Counted from the stretch's first letter, positions 34,444 to 45,026 are shown. The stretch is DNA of 64,000 nucleotides from an uncultured Syntrophales bacterium (GCA_964494155.1 CAZBQX010000001.1:43286-107285); one strand, 5' to 3'. Translations and numbers: made by a program. Notes: a model not told the origin generated them from the letters alone.

Positions 34444-35364
34444 GTGGAAAAACTTTTACAGGCAAAAATTGCCGTCCGGGGTAATCATGTATCCATTCAG
34501 GGGGACGGGGAAGCAGTCAAGAGATCCTCCTCTCTGTTGAGACAACTTTATGTGATTATCCAAAAGGGATATCCTGTATTTCCGGCAGATATCGATTTCG
34601 CCCATCGCATGCTGCAAAAAGACAGTTCATTGAATCTGGAAAAGATTTTCCTTGATACGGTGTTTATTTCCGCCAAAAAGCGGCTGATCACACCTAAAAC
34701 GATCAATCAGAAACGGTATATCGACGCCATCAGAAATCATGATATGGTCTTTTCAATCGGCCCGGCGGGAACCGGCAAGACCTACCTGGCCATGGCAGTC
34801 GCCATCTCTTATCTTCTAGACAAAAAATTTAGTCGCATCGTCTTGGCAAGGCCGGCTGTGGAGGCAGGTGAAAAATTGGGTTTCTTACCCGGCGACCTCT
34901 CCGAAAAGGTTAATCCCTATCTGCGGCCTCTTTATGACGCCCTCTTTGATATGATGGAATTTGATAAGGCAACAAATCTGATCAGCAAAGGGATTATCGA
35001 AGTGGCCCCCCTGGCTTTTATGCGGGGGCGGACCCTGAATGATTCGTTTGTCATTCTGGATGAGGCACAGAATACCACTTCCGAACAGATGAAAATGTTT
35101 CTGACGCGTCTGGGGTTTGGTTCGAAAGCCGTTATCACCGGCGATGTAACGCAGATCGATTTACCCTTTGACAAGATATCCGGCCTTGTCGAAGCGGAAC
35201 ACATTCTCAGGCGCATCAGTGAAATAAAATTTATCCATTTTTCGGATCTTGATGTGGTCCGCCACCCATTGGTACAGGAAGTCATCCGCGCTTACAACCA
35301 CCTTGACCAGTCACGGAAGCATAATGGTTTAAAAGGAAATGAAAAAGTACGAACTGACTCCTAA
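34444..35364 (+). CDS. phoH: PhoH family ATPase (true start probably upstream, non-canonical codon)
   Basis: Walker A GPAGTGKTYLA. The PhoH-like N-terminal region continues in frame upstream of the GTG at 34444; see the phoH finding. Confidence 0.9.
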   Translation: MEKLLQAKIAVRGNHVSIQGDGEAVKRSSSLLRQLYVIIQKGYPVFPADIDFAHRMLQKDSSLNLEKIFLDTVFISAKKRLITPKTINQKRYIDAIRNHDMVFSIGPAGTGKTYLAMAVAISYLLDKKFSRIVLARPAVEAGEKLGFLPGDLSEKVNPYLRPLYDALFDMMEFDKATNLISKGIIEVAPLAFMRGRTLNDSFVILDEAQNTTSEQMKMFLTRLGFGSKAVITGDVTQIDLPFDKISGLVEAEHILRRISEIKFIHFSDLDVVRHPLVQEVIRAYNHLDQSRKHNGLKGNEKVRTDS

Positions 35365-37675
35365 AAAGTTCAATAGTAACGTTCTCCAGAATATCAACGA
35401 CTATTTCCGAGAAAAAACGGCGCGGGAATTATTGAGAGATTTTCTCGTTCTCTTTTTACTTACTCTGATTTTCGGTACACTGATTTCACCTTCTTTCTTT
35501 TTTGCGCAATCAGAACATCGCGCAGGCACCATAGCGGTAGAAGACATCAAGGCGGATCGTGATTTTCTCGTCGAAGAAAAACTGTCCACCGAAACCAAGC
35601 AGTCGGCAATCATTAAAATTACCCCCGCGATATTTGACTATAAACCGGATCTTTCTCTGTCACTCCAGTCTCAGATCATCCAGCTTTTTGCGATGATATC
35701 TGACGAGATAAGTCGCGCCTCAACAAAGAAAAGCAAATCACTGGAAAGTGCTGTTATTGAAAAGCAATCTCATTTCGGCATCGCCCGCAAATATTTGAAT
35801 ACTTACTTTGATATCGACATGACAGATGCAGAGTTCAATGTGTTTTACAGAGATAAATTTTCCAACCATTCTGCGCGTGCGATCTGCAAACTGATTGATA
35901 AAATCTACTTCGACAACTACATCATCGGTGACATCCTATCGAAAACTGACCACGAACGCGGTATCATCGTTCGAAACATGAAAAACCAGGAAGAGTTCCT
36001 GATTACTAATTTCAATAATATCAAAGATATCCGCGTCTTAAAGGATGGGCTCACCGCAAAAGCTGCAGATATCCTGGCCCACCAGAGCAAAGATTTCAGA
36101 TGGGCCGCCACGTCCCTGGTAAAAAAAATTATCACGCCCAATCTCATACTTAACATCAAAGCAACCGATGCCAAGAGAGAGTCCGCCTTAAAAACCATTA
36201 AGCCTTCTTACTTTCAGGTGCTTAAAAACGAGATGATTGTCCGGGAAGGCGAAAAAATTACGCGATCCATACAGGACAAGCTGGATGCCTACTATGCAAT
36301 TAAAGGCGGGAAAAGCAGAATGAAGGATGTTGCTGCTTTTGTGGGTGTTGCCCTGATTGTGTTGCTGATGGGTATCGCTTGCCTTTCACCGATCAGAAAA
36401 TGGAATCCGAAATCACATGACTTAAAAACTACGATCGTCTTTCTGGCCACTTTGGTGTTGCTGCAATTTATTCTGATACGCTTTGGTTTAATCATTTCCG
36501 ATGCCGTTGCGCGTGCATTTCCCGGGTTGGACGCTCAGGACTGTTTTTACGCGATTCCCTATGTCATGGGGTCGATGTTGGTCACCGTATTAATTAATGA
36601 TCGGATCGCCGTCATTTATAGTGTTTTCGTCTCGCTCTTGCTCGGATTTATCTTTGACGCCAAGGTCCTGATGCCGATTTTCTCTCTCGCGGGATCAATT
36701 TTCGTCATTTATCAGATCTACTTCACCCGACAGCGCTCCGCTTTTTTTATGGCGGGATTTCTGCTGGGATTCGTAAACTGCATCATCATTTTTGCCATCG
36801 CCCTCATTGCGGAAACAGTTCTGGACTGGATATTTTTGATCAAATTATTTATGGGCTTTATCGGCGGCTTGGCTTCCGGCATTATCGCAGCCGGCCTTTT
36901 GCCTCTGTGCGAATCGCTGTTCAAGTTTACCACAGACATCAGACTGCTTGAACTGGGCAATCTGAATCAGCCGATTTTTCAGCGCATGATTATCGAAACA
37001 CCCGGCACCTATCACCATAGTATCATCGTGGCGTCCCTTGCAGAGTCAGCGGCTGAAGCAATCGGCGCGAATGCGCTTCTGGCGAAAGTTAGCGCCTATT
37101 ATCACGATGTCGGAAAATTGGTGAAACCTCATTACTTTATCGAAAACCAGCCGGTGGGAGAAAACAAGCATGACAAACTCTCGCCCAAAATGAGCAGTCT
37201 GGTGATCATTTCACACGTTAAAGATGGCTGTGATTTTGCGCAGCAGTTAAAACTGGGTAACCGCATCACCAATATTATTCGCCAGCACCATGGTACGAGC
37301 TTGGTAACCTTTTTCTACGATAAAGCCAAAAAGGACCCGGATTCGACTTTCAACAGCCTTTCCGATTCCGATTTTCGTTATCCGGGACCTAAACCGCAAA
37401 CCAAAGAGGCTGGTCTGGTTATGCTGAGTGATGTGATCGAGGCCAGTTCCCGTACGCTCGATGAACCCACACCGTCCCGTATCAGCAACCTTGTTCATGA
37501 GCGAATAGAAAAGGTCTTTTTGGATGGTCAGCTGGATGAATGTGAATTGACATTAAAAGATTTGCATAAAATCGCAGACAGTTTTATCAGGATACTGGCC
37601 GGGATATTTCACCATCGTATCAATTATCCGGAACAGATTAACGCAAAAGACACCATGGGTTTTAAGGAAGTATAG
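35339..37675 (+). CDS. 7TM-HD (HDIG) membrane phosphohydrolase, PgpH-like
   Basis: Extracellular N-terminal domain, 7 TM helices, and an HD domain with HHS...YYHDVGK. Confidence 0.85.
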   Translation: MKKYELTPKKFNSNVLQNINDYFREKTARELLRDFLVLFLLTLIFGTLISPSFFFAQSEHRAGTIAVEDIKADRDFLVEEKLSTETKQSAIIKITPAIFDYKPDLSLSLQSQIIQLFAMISDEISRASTKKSKSLESAVIEKQSHFGIARKYLNTYFDIDMTDAEFNVFYRDKFSNHSARAICKLIDKIYFDNYIIGDILSKTDHERGIIVRNMKNQEEFLITNFNNIKDIRVLKDGLTAKAADILAHQSKDFRWAATSLVKKIITPNLILNIKATDAKRESALKTIKPSYFQVLKNEMIVREGEKITRSIQDKLDAYYAIKGGKSRMKDVAAFVGVALIVLLMGIACLSPIRKWNPKSHDLKTTIVFLATLVLLQFILIRFGLIISDAVARAFPGLDAQDCFYAIPYVMGSMLVTVLINDRIAVIYSVFVSLLLGFIFDAKVLMPIFSLAGSIFVIYQIYFTRQRSAFFMAGFLLGFVNCIIIFAIALIAETVLDWIFLIKLFMGFIGGLASGIIAAGLLPLCESLFKFTTDIRLLELGNLNQPIFQRMIIETPGTYHHSIIVASLAESAAEAIGANALLAKVSAYYHDVGKLVKPHYFIENQPVGENKHDKLSPKMSSLVIISHVKDGCDFAQQLKLGNRITNIIRQHHGTSLVTFFYDKAKKDPDSTFNSLSDSDFRYPGPKPQTKEAGLVMLSDVIEASSRTLDEPTPSRISNLVHERIEKVFLDGQLDECELTLKDLHKIADSFIRILAGIFHHRINYPEQINAKDTMGFKEV

Positions 37676-38133
37676 TGCCGTTACTGATTGATAACCGACA
37701 GAAATTTATCAAGCTGAATATCCGACAGATCAGATCCGATCTGTTAATAGTTCTGAAATACCTCCAATGCCAGGATCGTGAAATCAGTTTGAGCCTTGTT
37801 GACGACATAGCCATTCAAGCCATAAATCTTGAATATCTCGGCCGGGATAAACCAACCAATGTGATATCGTTCGGCATGCAAGAGGGAGAATGGGAGGCTA
37901 TTCAACCGACGGTTCTGGGGGACATTGTGATATCCGTCGAAACAGCCTGCCGTGACGCTCTTGCTGGTGATATTAACATTGACGACGAAATCCTTTTTCT
38001 TTTTATCCATGGCTTACTGCATTTGCTTGGTTTTGACCATGAAAGGGGTGGAGAAGAGGAGGCAGTCGTGATGAGGCATAAGGAAAAAGAGATTTTTGAA
38101 AAACTGAGGAGTTATACCCTGGATCGAAGCTGA
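37675..38133 (+). CDS. ybeY: rRNA maturation endoribonuclease YbeY
   Basis: HGLLHLLGFDH zinc motif. The GTG start overlaps the upstream TAG. Confidence 0.9.
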   Translation: MPLLIDNRQKFIKLNIRQIRSDLLIVLKYLQCQDREISLSLVDDIAIQAINLEYLGRDKPTNVISFGMQEGEWEAIQPTVLGDIVISVETACRDALAGDINIDDEILFLFIHGLLHLLGFDHERGGEEEAVVMRHKEKEIFEKLRSYTLDRS

Positions 38134-38596
38134 GTAAATAATCAGGTGAATGAATAACAAACCTTTTTCCCCCAATCGCTGCCTGAATAACTGAATGCGA
38201 GGAGTTTTTATCATTTCTTTGCTTTAGAATTTGCAGTTCGTTTTGACCTCCAACGTGCATTAGGAGTCAATGTCTAATCCACATGTTATCCCAAAGCATG
38301 CACATATTATTTCACCTCTCAGAATTTTGGGGATTTCCGGACGTTTGATCGGCAGCTTTCCTTTGTTACATTCCTTTACCTCTTTCATCAAAACACACTT
38401 ACCAACCAACACTCCTTCAATCCAACGTCCATAATTTCCAGATAAGCCCACCTGAACCTAACGGACAAAAAAGAAGGGACAGTTTTTTCATTCTGTAGTA
38501 TCATTAACGCGCTGATTTTATGTGTTTATATCATACCGGCGCAAAGGAGTAGACAATCCGAACAACACACTGACGCACGGAAATGGAGACCGGAAA

Positions 38597-40309
38597 ATGA
38601 AAAAGACACCGGGAAGAAACGGCGGCGACATGCTCTTGGAACTTTTTCAGATGAAGGGTTTCGAACATATTTTCTGCTCCCCCCTGTCTGTCTGGGCGCC
38701 TCTTTGGGAAGCTCTGGCCCGACACAGAAAAAACACGGGTGCGGAATCCCCCCGATATATCAACTGCCGCCACGAAGTGCTTGCAGTCGGCATGGCCTCC
38801 GGCTATTACAAGGCGACAGGACGGCCCCAGATTGTTCTGCTCCCCACAGGCATGGGTGTATTAAATGCCGCGATGGCGATTCGGGGCGCCTGGCAGGAAA
38901 GAATTCCCATGATTATCCTTGCCCCGGATTCCTTTGGCCTGGGGGAAAATCCCCATCTAGATCCGGGGCCGGAATGGCCTTACCTGCTTTCGGACCTCGG
39001 CGGGCCTGTCCGGTTTTCAGAAAACATCGTGAAATGGGGAAAAGAAATTAAAAACCCCCGAGATCTGATCTCGGATTTTATGCGGGCCTGCTACTTTGCG
39101 GAAATGGTCCCCCGGGGTCCGACGCTCTTGAGCATTCCCTTCGAACTCCTGATGGCACCGATGGATTTTGCACTTCCCCCAGACATCACCCCCCAGCCCC
39201 TGGTAACCGCCGAAGCGTCATTGAGAAGCCTTGCGTCAACGCTCCTTCAGTGTAAAAATCCTATTATCATCACCGAGCACGCCGGCCGCAACCGGGAAGA
39301 GATCGATTTGCTGACCCGATTCGCGGAGTTGATGGGTGCGCCGGTGTTTGAATATCCCTACCCCATGTACAAAAATTTCCCCAGAATGCACCCCCTGCAT
39401 GGCAGTTATGCGGGAGAAGACATGTTGCAGCATGCCGACTGCATCCTGCTCGTCGGCTGCAACGCTCCCTGGCATCCGCCACGGGTCGGTTTGCCTGAAG
39501 CCACAAAAGTCATCGTCATGGAAGAAGATCCCCTCCGGCCCCGGGCACCCTACTGGGGCTATAAGACGGATGTTTGCATTGCGGGGGATATTCGGGCGAA
39601 TCTGGAACGTCTTTGTCGATATATTGAAGATGAAATGAGGATAATGTCCGGTAAAGCCGAAGAGATCGAAGGGCGCGCAAAACATTGGCATGAGTTTAAC
39701 GCCAAGAGCCGACAACCGGTAAATTCATCAGAAACGTCCTCGGGGATAGTCGCCGCGGCTTCCCTTTTCCGTATGCTTGCCGAAATTCTTCCCGATGATA
39801 CCGTCATTGTTGATGAAATCATCGCCCAGGGTGTGCTGATGATGCAGTTTCTTTTCACCAACGATTCCTTCTACCACTATCGCGGCGCGGCAGGCGGACT
39901 GGGGACTGCAGTCCCGACGGCACTTGGAATCAAGCTGGCCGATCCGTTGAAGCCGGTCATCTGCATTATCGGCGACGGATCGTTCAACTATGAGCCCGTC
40001 CTTGCCTGTCTGGGCTGTTCGCAGCAGTATGACTTGCCGATTCTGATCGTGATTTGCAACAACCAGGGATTCGTCTCCCAGACCTGGAACACCAGAAAGT
40101 ATTTTCCTGAAGGATTCGCGCTCAGGACCGGCTCTTTCTACGGAGATGTCATCGCACCCACGCCGGATTACTGGAAGATAGCAGCGGCATTCGATGCATA
40201 TGGAGAACGGGTAGCAGAACCGGAAAACTTAAAACCCGCTCTCAAACGGGGCATGGCCGCCATCAGCCAAGGGCGTACAGCCGTCATTGACATTATTTTG
40301 GAACCGTAA
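38597..40309 (+). CDS. Thiamine-diphosphate-dependent enzyme (acetolactate synthase-like fold)
   Basis: ThDP motif IGDGSFNY...NN and three-domain length (570 aa). ATG at 38597 after GGAGAC. Confidence 0.85.
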   Translation: MKKTPGRNGGDMLLELFQMKGFEHIFCSPLSVWAPLWEALARHRKNTGAESPRYINCRHEVLAVGMASGYYKATGRPQIVLLPTGMGVLNAAMAIRGAWQERIPMIILAPDSFGLGENPHLDPGPEWPYLLSDLGGPVRFSENIVKWGKEIKNPRDLISDFMRACYFAEMVPRGPTLLSIPFELLMAPMDFALPPDITPQPLVTAEASLRSLASTLLQCKNPIIITEHAGRNREEIDLLTRFAELMGAPVFEYPYPMYKNFPRMHPLHGSYAGEDMLQHADCILLVGCNAPWHPPRVGLPEATKVIVMEEDPLRPRAPYWGYKTDVCIAGDIRANLERLCRYIEDEMRIMSGKAEEIEGRAKHWHEFNAKSRQPVNSSETSSGIVAAASLFRMLAEILPDDTVIVDEIIAQGVLMMQFLFTNDSFYHYRGAAGGLGTAVPTALGIKLADPLKPVICIIGDGSFNYEPVLACLGCSQQYDLPILIVICNNQGFVSQTWNTRKYFPEGFALRTGSFYGDVIAPTPDYWKIAAAFDAYGERVAEPENLKPALKRGMAAISQGRTAVIDIILEP

Positions 40310-40315
40310 AGATGA

Positions 40316-40360
40316 AGGGCCGAATTTATAACATGAATAAATCCGGCCCTTTTTGTCTTT
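40316..40360 (+). terminator. Intrinsic terminator after the ThDP enzyme gene
   Basis: AGGGCCG ... CGGCCCT stem followed by TTTTTGTCTTTTG. Confidence 0.6.
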
Positions 40361-40365
40361 TGCCG

Positions 40366-40710
40366 CTACACCCGAATATCCAGATAAGGTTTGGCCTCGG
40401 GTTCACTCATCCATTGAGCTCGTTGATATGCCATAAGCGCTTCCTGATACGGGCTGCCCCGGATGTCCTTCGCCCGAGATTGAAGCACATATATTTTAGG
40501 AGAATTCGAGGACTTACGGACGGACAGGTCGCCGGTTTCCTCCGTTATATTCCTTTTTTCCCCTTCATCATAAACCAGGGTCAGCCGGTCTCCCGGCGGA
40601 GCACGCTCACCCCGGCGGTTCGAACGATCCGCAAGGTCCGTCTGAACCGTCCTGGGTTCGATCAACCGGATGACGGACTCAGCCGGATATGAGTGTGCAA
40701 GATATTCCAT
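40366..40710 (-). CDS. Hypothetical protein (weak call)
   Basis: 114-aa ORF with unremarkable composition and a weak RBS. No recognisable domain. Confidence 0.35.
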   Translation of the reverse strand: MEYLAHSYPAESVIRLIEPRTVQTDLADRSNRRGERAPPGDRLTLVYDEGEKRNITEETGDLSVRKSSNSPKIYVLQSRAKDIRGSPYQEALMAYQRAQWMSEPEAKPYLDIRV

Positions 40711-41168
40711 GCGGCCCCTGCGCCATGGGAAATTTCTGCCTACCTGTGGTGTAAAAAAAACGAACCGGCTCGTCTATCCGACATCCATCGGACAATCCGT
40801 ACGGTTCATCATTCATGGTTCAGATATGTCTTTGCCTAACGGATTCACCGAACCATAACAAATCGATATCTTGATAGATTTTTATCATACACGACAAAAC
40901 GAAACAGCGGTTTCCGCTTTTAATTCTTCCCGAAATCGGCCCGTCGCCACGACCAAAACAGATTCTCTTTTGATTCCCCTCCCCGGTTGCGGACAGGAAT
41001 CCTTTTTTAAGAGGCAAAATGCAGGCCAATGGCTGAGCTTTGGTCAAGTTCCGGCATCTTTTGCATTTATACAATGATTATGGATCGTTAAGAAAAGATG
41101 TGATTAAGAACACTTGGCGGGGAAAATTTTTCGGGCATAGGTTACCTGCCAGGGAAATACTCCTGTCC

Positions 41169-42476
41169 TTACAGACTGTTCGCATCACGTGAAGGACGAA
41201 TCCTTACAGCGCCACCTTTTTCGGATGGATCATAGGCGGTTTTCAGGAAGGTTCTCTCCGGCCGGGAAGGAACCTCGCAGGTGCCCATGGCAGTCAGATA
41301 GCCGTCCATCCGATCCCGGAGGGAACAAAAAGCGGCCAGTTGTATGCGCGGTACGGGCCAGCCCTTGGGGATTTTCAGGGCCAGCGGATTCACACTTTTA
41401 TTTCCGATTCGGACTTCATAGTGAAGGTGGGGTCCCGTTGCCAAACCGGTCGCGCCGACATTGCCGATGGTCTGCCCTTGTTCCACACTCCGACCCGGAC
41501 GGATCCCTTTTGAAATTCTAGATAAATGACCGTAATAGGTTTGCCAACCGTTGGGATGTTTGATGATAATCAGATTCCCGTATGCGCCCTTTCGTCCGGA
41601 AAACACAACTTTGCCGTCTCCAATGGCGGAAACGGGCGTCCCCTTGGCCGCAGCATAGTCAAGTCCGTGATGTGGTCGGTAAATCTTCAATACAGGATGA
41701 AATCGGCCTTTGGAAAAATATGAACTGATCCTGCGGAAATTCAGCGGCGCTTTTAAAAAAGCCTTTTTTCGGGAATTTCCGTCTTCGTCATAATAATCGG
41801 TTTTCCCGTCGTGTTCGAAACGGTAGGCCTTAAACGTCTCTCCGTTATTTGTAAACTCAGCAGCCACAATTTTCCCATATTTCCGGAACTGGCCGTTATA
41901 AAAATAGCCTTCGGTAATGATCCGGAAGGTATCCCCTTTGCGCAGGTCGCTCGCAAAATCAATGTCCCAGGCAAAAATATCGGATAGATCAAGAGCCAAA
42001 AGGAGGTGTTCCCGATCTTCGCCAATGGAAGCGATCAAGTTGTCTTCAATGGCCCCTGAAAGGGTCAGGAGCTTCTTTTCATAGTCCAGATCATTTTTTT
42101 CCGCGTGGAAACCGCTGGCGATCCGCTTTATTTTCAGATACGAGTCCCGGTTGATCCAATAGACAAAAGAACTGACCCGGCTCTGACAATCCACGGTCAG
42201 GGTATAGGGCTGACCGGCATGGAGGGATTTTAAGGGGTGTATATTGGCCGCCACATCGCGCATGGCGAAGAGTTCCTTGATGTCCAGTCCGTATTTTTCA
42301 AAGATCGCCAGGAGGGTTTCCCCTTTCATCACCGTATCATGAATGGCCCGATATTGGGATTGTACCGGCGGCGTCTTGGTTTCGGTGCGATGACCAAACC
42401 ATTGCACTGTTGTCAGGCCCAGGCACGTCAGTAAAACAACACCCAAGGTAAACAACAAGATCCTCTTTCCGATCAA
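41169..42476 (-). CDS. M23 family murein endopeptidase with LysM-like domain
   Basis: HHGLDYAA and GPHLHYE M23 motifs. LysM-like segment HDTVMKGETLLAIFEKYGLDIKELF. TTG start 6 nt after GGAGGG. Confidence 0.85.
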   Translation of the reverse strand: MIGKRILLFTLGVVLLTCLGLTTVQWFGHRTETKTPPVQSQYRAIHDTVMKGETLLAIFEKYGLDIKELFAMRDVAANIHPLKSLHAGQPYTLTVDCQSRVSSFVYWINRDSYLKIKRIASGFHAEKNDLDYEKKLLTLSGAIEDNLIASIGEDREHLLLALDLSDIFAWDIDFASDLRKGDTFRIITEGYFYNGQFRKYGKIVAAEFTNNGETFKAYRFEHDGKTDYYDEDGNSRKKAFLKAPLNFRRISSYFSKGRFHPVLKIYRPHHGLDYAAAKGTPVSAIGDGKVVFSGRKGAYGNLIIIKHPNGWQTYYGHLSRISKGIRPGRSVEQGQTIGNVGATGLATGPHLHYEVRIGNKSVNPLALKIPKGWPVPRIQLAAFCSLRDRMDGYLTAMGTCEVPSRPERTFLKTAYDPSEKGGAVRIRPSRDANSL

Positions 42477-42548
42477 ATCTTACCCTCCATCAAAGAAACG
42501 CTTAAGATATGTACTTTTTACCCCCCGGACACACCGACGCAGGCAACA

Positions 42549-42581
42549 ATAAAAAACCCTGGCATCTTTCCATGACAGGGT
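42549..42581 (-). terminator. Intrinsic terminator downstream of the bio operon
   Basis: On the minus strand, ACCCTG-14 nt-CAGGGT is followed by TTTTTTATT. It lies about 165 nt after the bioD stop. Confidence 0.6.
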
Positions 42582-42747
42582 CCGGTTGCTTATAGTGTAT
42601 TACGTGATACCTTTGCTTTCATAACGAGCACTTCCTCTTGTCTCTCTTCGGGATTCAAGGATTGAACGTAACGTGCCATCGATTTAGACTAAAGTCAAGT
42701 AGAATTCATCAAAATGAGACCTTTTTCTACCAATACACCTTTTTTCT

Positions 42748-43443
42748 CTAAATTTTCCGACTGAACAGGCGGTCAAAAATTGGGAACAGATAAACCAGGG
42801 GTTGTAGGAAATTGACAATCCGCGGGATCACCCCCGCCACCGGGACCCCCGAAGCCTTCGTGATGGCCTCACGGTTCTCTTCGATCATCCGGCTGTCCGT
42901 CTGAGGCTTTTCCGCATCGATCATGATGATCCCCAGGGGTTCAATACCCCGATGCTTCAATGCTTCAACAGTCAAAAGGGTATGATTGATGGTCCCCAGA
43001 CCCGCCCGGGCGGCTATCACCGGCGGCGCTCCTGTCTTCGCGACCAGATCAATCATCATCATATTTTCCGTCAGTGGAACCATGAGTCCGCCCGCCGCCT
43101 CAATGACGAGAGGGAAACACCCCTCTCCTCTGCGCTTGATCTCCTGCAGCAGGAAATCCGGATCGATACTTTTTTGTTCATTCCGGGCGGCAAAATACGG
43201 GGCCTTCGGTTCCTTGAAGCAGTAAATGACGGCATCGGCGCAGTCCTTTCCCTTAAGTTCATTGACATATCGGTAAACGAGCTGGGCGTCGCTGTCTGTA
43301 TCGTAGGGGTCCCGGCAGCCTGTCTGGGCCGGTTTGAGGTAGCAGGGTTTACGATTCCGGGCGTAAAGATACTGCATGAGGGCCAGTGATAAAACCGTTT
43401 TCCCGACACCTGTATCGGTTCCAACGATAAACAGATTATCCAT
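42748..43443 (-). CDS. bioD: Dethiobiotin synthetase
   Basis: FIVGTDTGVGKT P-loop. ATG at 43443 overlaps the bioF stop by 8 nt. Confidence 0.9.
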   Translation of the reverse strand: MDNLFIVGTDTGVGKTVLSLALMQYLYARNRKPCYLKPAQTGCRDPYDTDSDAQLVYRYVNELKGKDCADAVIYCFKEPKAPYFAARNEQKSIDPDFLLQEIKRRGEGCFPLVIEAAGGLMVPLTENMMMIDLVAKTGAPPVIAARAGLGTINHTLLTVEALKHRGIEPLGIIMIDAEKPQTDSRMIEENREAITKASGVPVAGVIPRIVNFLQPLVYLFPIFDRLFSRKI

Positions 43444-44593
43444 GATTCTTGACCTCTTTCTGATAGATTTCATACAAACATCGAATAAATAATGTCACAT
43501 CCGCCGCATCATGTAAAGCCGACATGCCGATCCGCAGGATGGCATGATGGAGCGCCACAGTCGGATAACGTGCCGGAAAAACCAGAATGCCCCTTTCTTT
43601 AAGAGCCAAGGATACCCGAACGGCCAGATCTTCATTTCCAACTTCAACCCCCAGTATGTGTGCATCGCCGAAGGCATAAAATCCTGCCTGGGATAGAACC
43701 TTTTTCATGCTGTGACTGATTGCGGCCAGTTTTTCCCTTTCCGGATCCGCCTGCCCGACGATCTTGAGAATTTCTACGGCGGCCGCGGCATGGGACGGGG
43801 GAAGGGTCGTCGTGAACATCAGGGGGACGGAAAAATTGATCAGGTATTCTTTGATCATGCCCGGTAAAAGGAGAAAGGCGCCGAAAAAGCCGAAAGCCTT
43901 GCCGAAAGTACCTACTGCAATATCGGCGACGTCCCTGGCGATGCCACGACCTCCGGAACCGATGGCGCCGAAGGAATGGGCTTCATCGACGATAGACAGG
44001 AAAGCGTATTGTTTTTTCAGCCGGGCCAGGTTATTCACATCCAGGAGGTCTCCGTCCATGCTAAAAAGTGCTTCTGTCACCACCGCCGTCTGGGACATAC
44101 CGTTTTTATTGAGCTTTTTTTCCAAATGATCGAGGTTCCCATGGCGAAAACCGATAACGTCGGCACCGCTTAGGGCCATTCCTTTCACACTGCTGGCATG
44201 AATATGCTGATCCACAAGGACCTGGTCACCCGGTTCAAAGAGGGCGGACAAAAGGCCCAGATTCGCCTGAAAACCGCTGGGAAAAAAGAGGGCTGCTTCA
44301 TAGCCGAAATATTCGGCATAGGCCGCCTCCGCCTCCCGGATGAGTTGATAATTCCCCGTCACCAGACGGGATGAGGACGACGACGTACCATGACGTTCGA
44401 TATTTCGGATGAGAATGTCCTTCAAAACTGGAGAATCAGCCAACCCCAGGTAGTCGTTGGAGGCGAAACTCAGGTAGGGTTTCCCGTCCAGATAGACATA
44501 TTTACCCTCTTTTTTTTCGATGACCGGGGGATTTCGGTACAATCCCGTTTTTTTCTGAAGGCTCAGTCGGTCCCGGATGCGTTGGTTAAACAT
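43436..44593 (-). CDS. bioF: 8-amino-7-oxononanoate synthase
   Basis: Alpha-oxoamine synthase layout (SNDYLGL, DEAHSFG, GTFGKAFG). Confidence 0.9.
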   Translation of the reverse strand: MFNQRIRDRLSLQKKTGLYRNPPVIEKKEGKYVYLDGKPYLSFASNDYLGLADSPVLKDILIRNIERHGTSSSSSRLVTGNYQLIREAEAAYAEYFGYEAALFFPSGFQANLGLLSALFEPGDQVLVDQHIHASSVKGMALSGADVIGFRHGNLDHLEKKLNKNGMSQTAVVTEALFSMDGDLLDVNNLARLKKQYAFLSIVDEAHSFGAIGSGGRGIARDVADIAVGTFGKAFGFFGAFLLLPGMIKEYLINFSVPLMFTTTLPPSHAAAAVEILKIVGQADPEREKLAAISHSMKKVLSQAGFYAFGDAHILGVEVGNEDLAVRVSLALKERGILVFPARYPTVALHHAILRIGMSALHDAADVTLFIRCLYEIYQKEVKNHG

Positions 44594-45015
44594 GCAAATA
44601 CCTGTTCATAATGTTCTTTTAGTCTCGCCGCCTCGAATTTCCCGTCATAATCCATCGTGGAAAACCAGAACTCGCCCTTTATAACGGTTTGCCCCTCCCG
44701 TTCTGCCCATATCCGGTAAATGAAACTGCGGTCACTCTGTCCCGTCAATTCTCCTTTCAGTTTTAAATGACCGGCCTCCGGCAACGGGTCCGGCAGAATG
44801 CATCGTCTCACCTTCATGAGAAACGCATGCTTATTGAAATCATGACACCGTCGAATATGGAATGCTCCGAGTTGTGCCAGGGCTTCGATAAGCTTAAAAA
44901 CAGCCTTCCCATCAAAGGCGGCGCTCCCCCTTATTTCATCGGACCCGATGGCGACAATCCGATCCAGGAGAAGAACGGATTTTAGACCGGAGTTCATTAT
45001 CTTTTCTTCCGACAT
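44563..45015 (-). CDS. Hotdog-fold FabZ-like subunit that keeps the catalytic Glu motif but lacks the His motif
   Basis: LLLDRIV...FKLIEALAQLG aligns with FabZ FLLVDRV...LILEAMAQATG. No HFPG motif. The start is uncertain (45015 or 44997). The upstream part of the tracked ORF overlaps the KAS gene. Confidence 0.65.
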   Translation of the reverse strand: MSEEKIMNSGLKSVLLLDRIVAIGSDEIRGSAAFDGKAVFKLIEALAQLGAFHIRRCHDFNKHAFLMKVRRCILPDPLPEAGHLKLKGELTGQSDRSFIYRIWAEREGQTVIKGEFWFSTMDYDGKFEAARLKEHYEQVFACLTNASGTD

Positions 45016-45026
45016 CTCCTGCCGCC

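Noticed and set aside
38134-38596. Possible TPP riboswitch upstream of the ThDP enzyme, and a 63-aa Cys-containing minus-strand ORF (38260-38451)
   Set aside because: Neither strand shows the conserved CUGAGA ... ACCUGAUCUGGAUAAUGCCAGCG core in the right order. The small ORF has no RBS, no partner genes and no recognisable precursor-peptide features.
40645-40675. tRNA-like GGGTTCGATC T-loop string
   Set aside because: No complementary T-stem, acceptor stem or anticodon arm can be drawn around it.
41045-41065. Sigma-54-like CGGCATCTTTTGCAT (plus strand)
   Set aside because: The GG-to-GC spacing is 2 nt too short, and no downstream plus-strand gene is present.
42590-42622. 10-codon mini-ORF (MKAKVSRNTL) with a GAGGAAG RBS just upstream of the 42549-42581 terminator, resembling a leader-peptide attenuator for the M23 peptidase gene
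   Set aside because: There is no amino-acid bias, and I could not draw an anti-terminator alternative. The hairpin is explained more simply as the bio operon terminator.
42663-42678. Sigma-54-like element TGGCACGTTACGTTCA (minus strand)
   Set aside because: The -24 half is perfect, but the essential -12 GC is TC. There is no adjacent activator or target gene.
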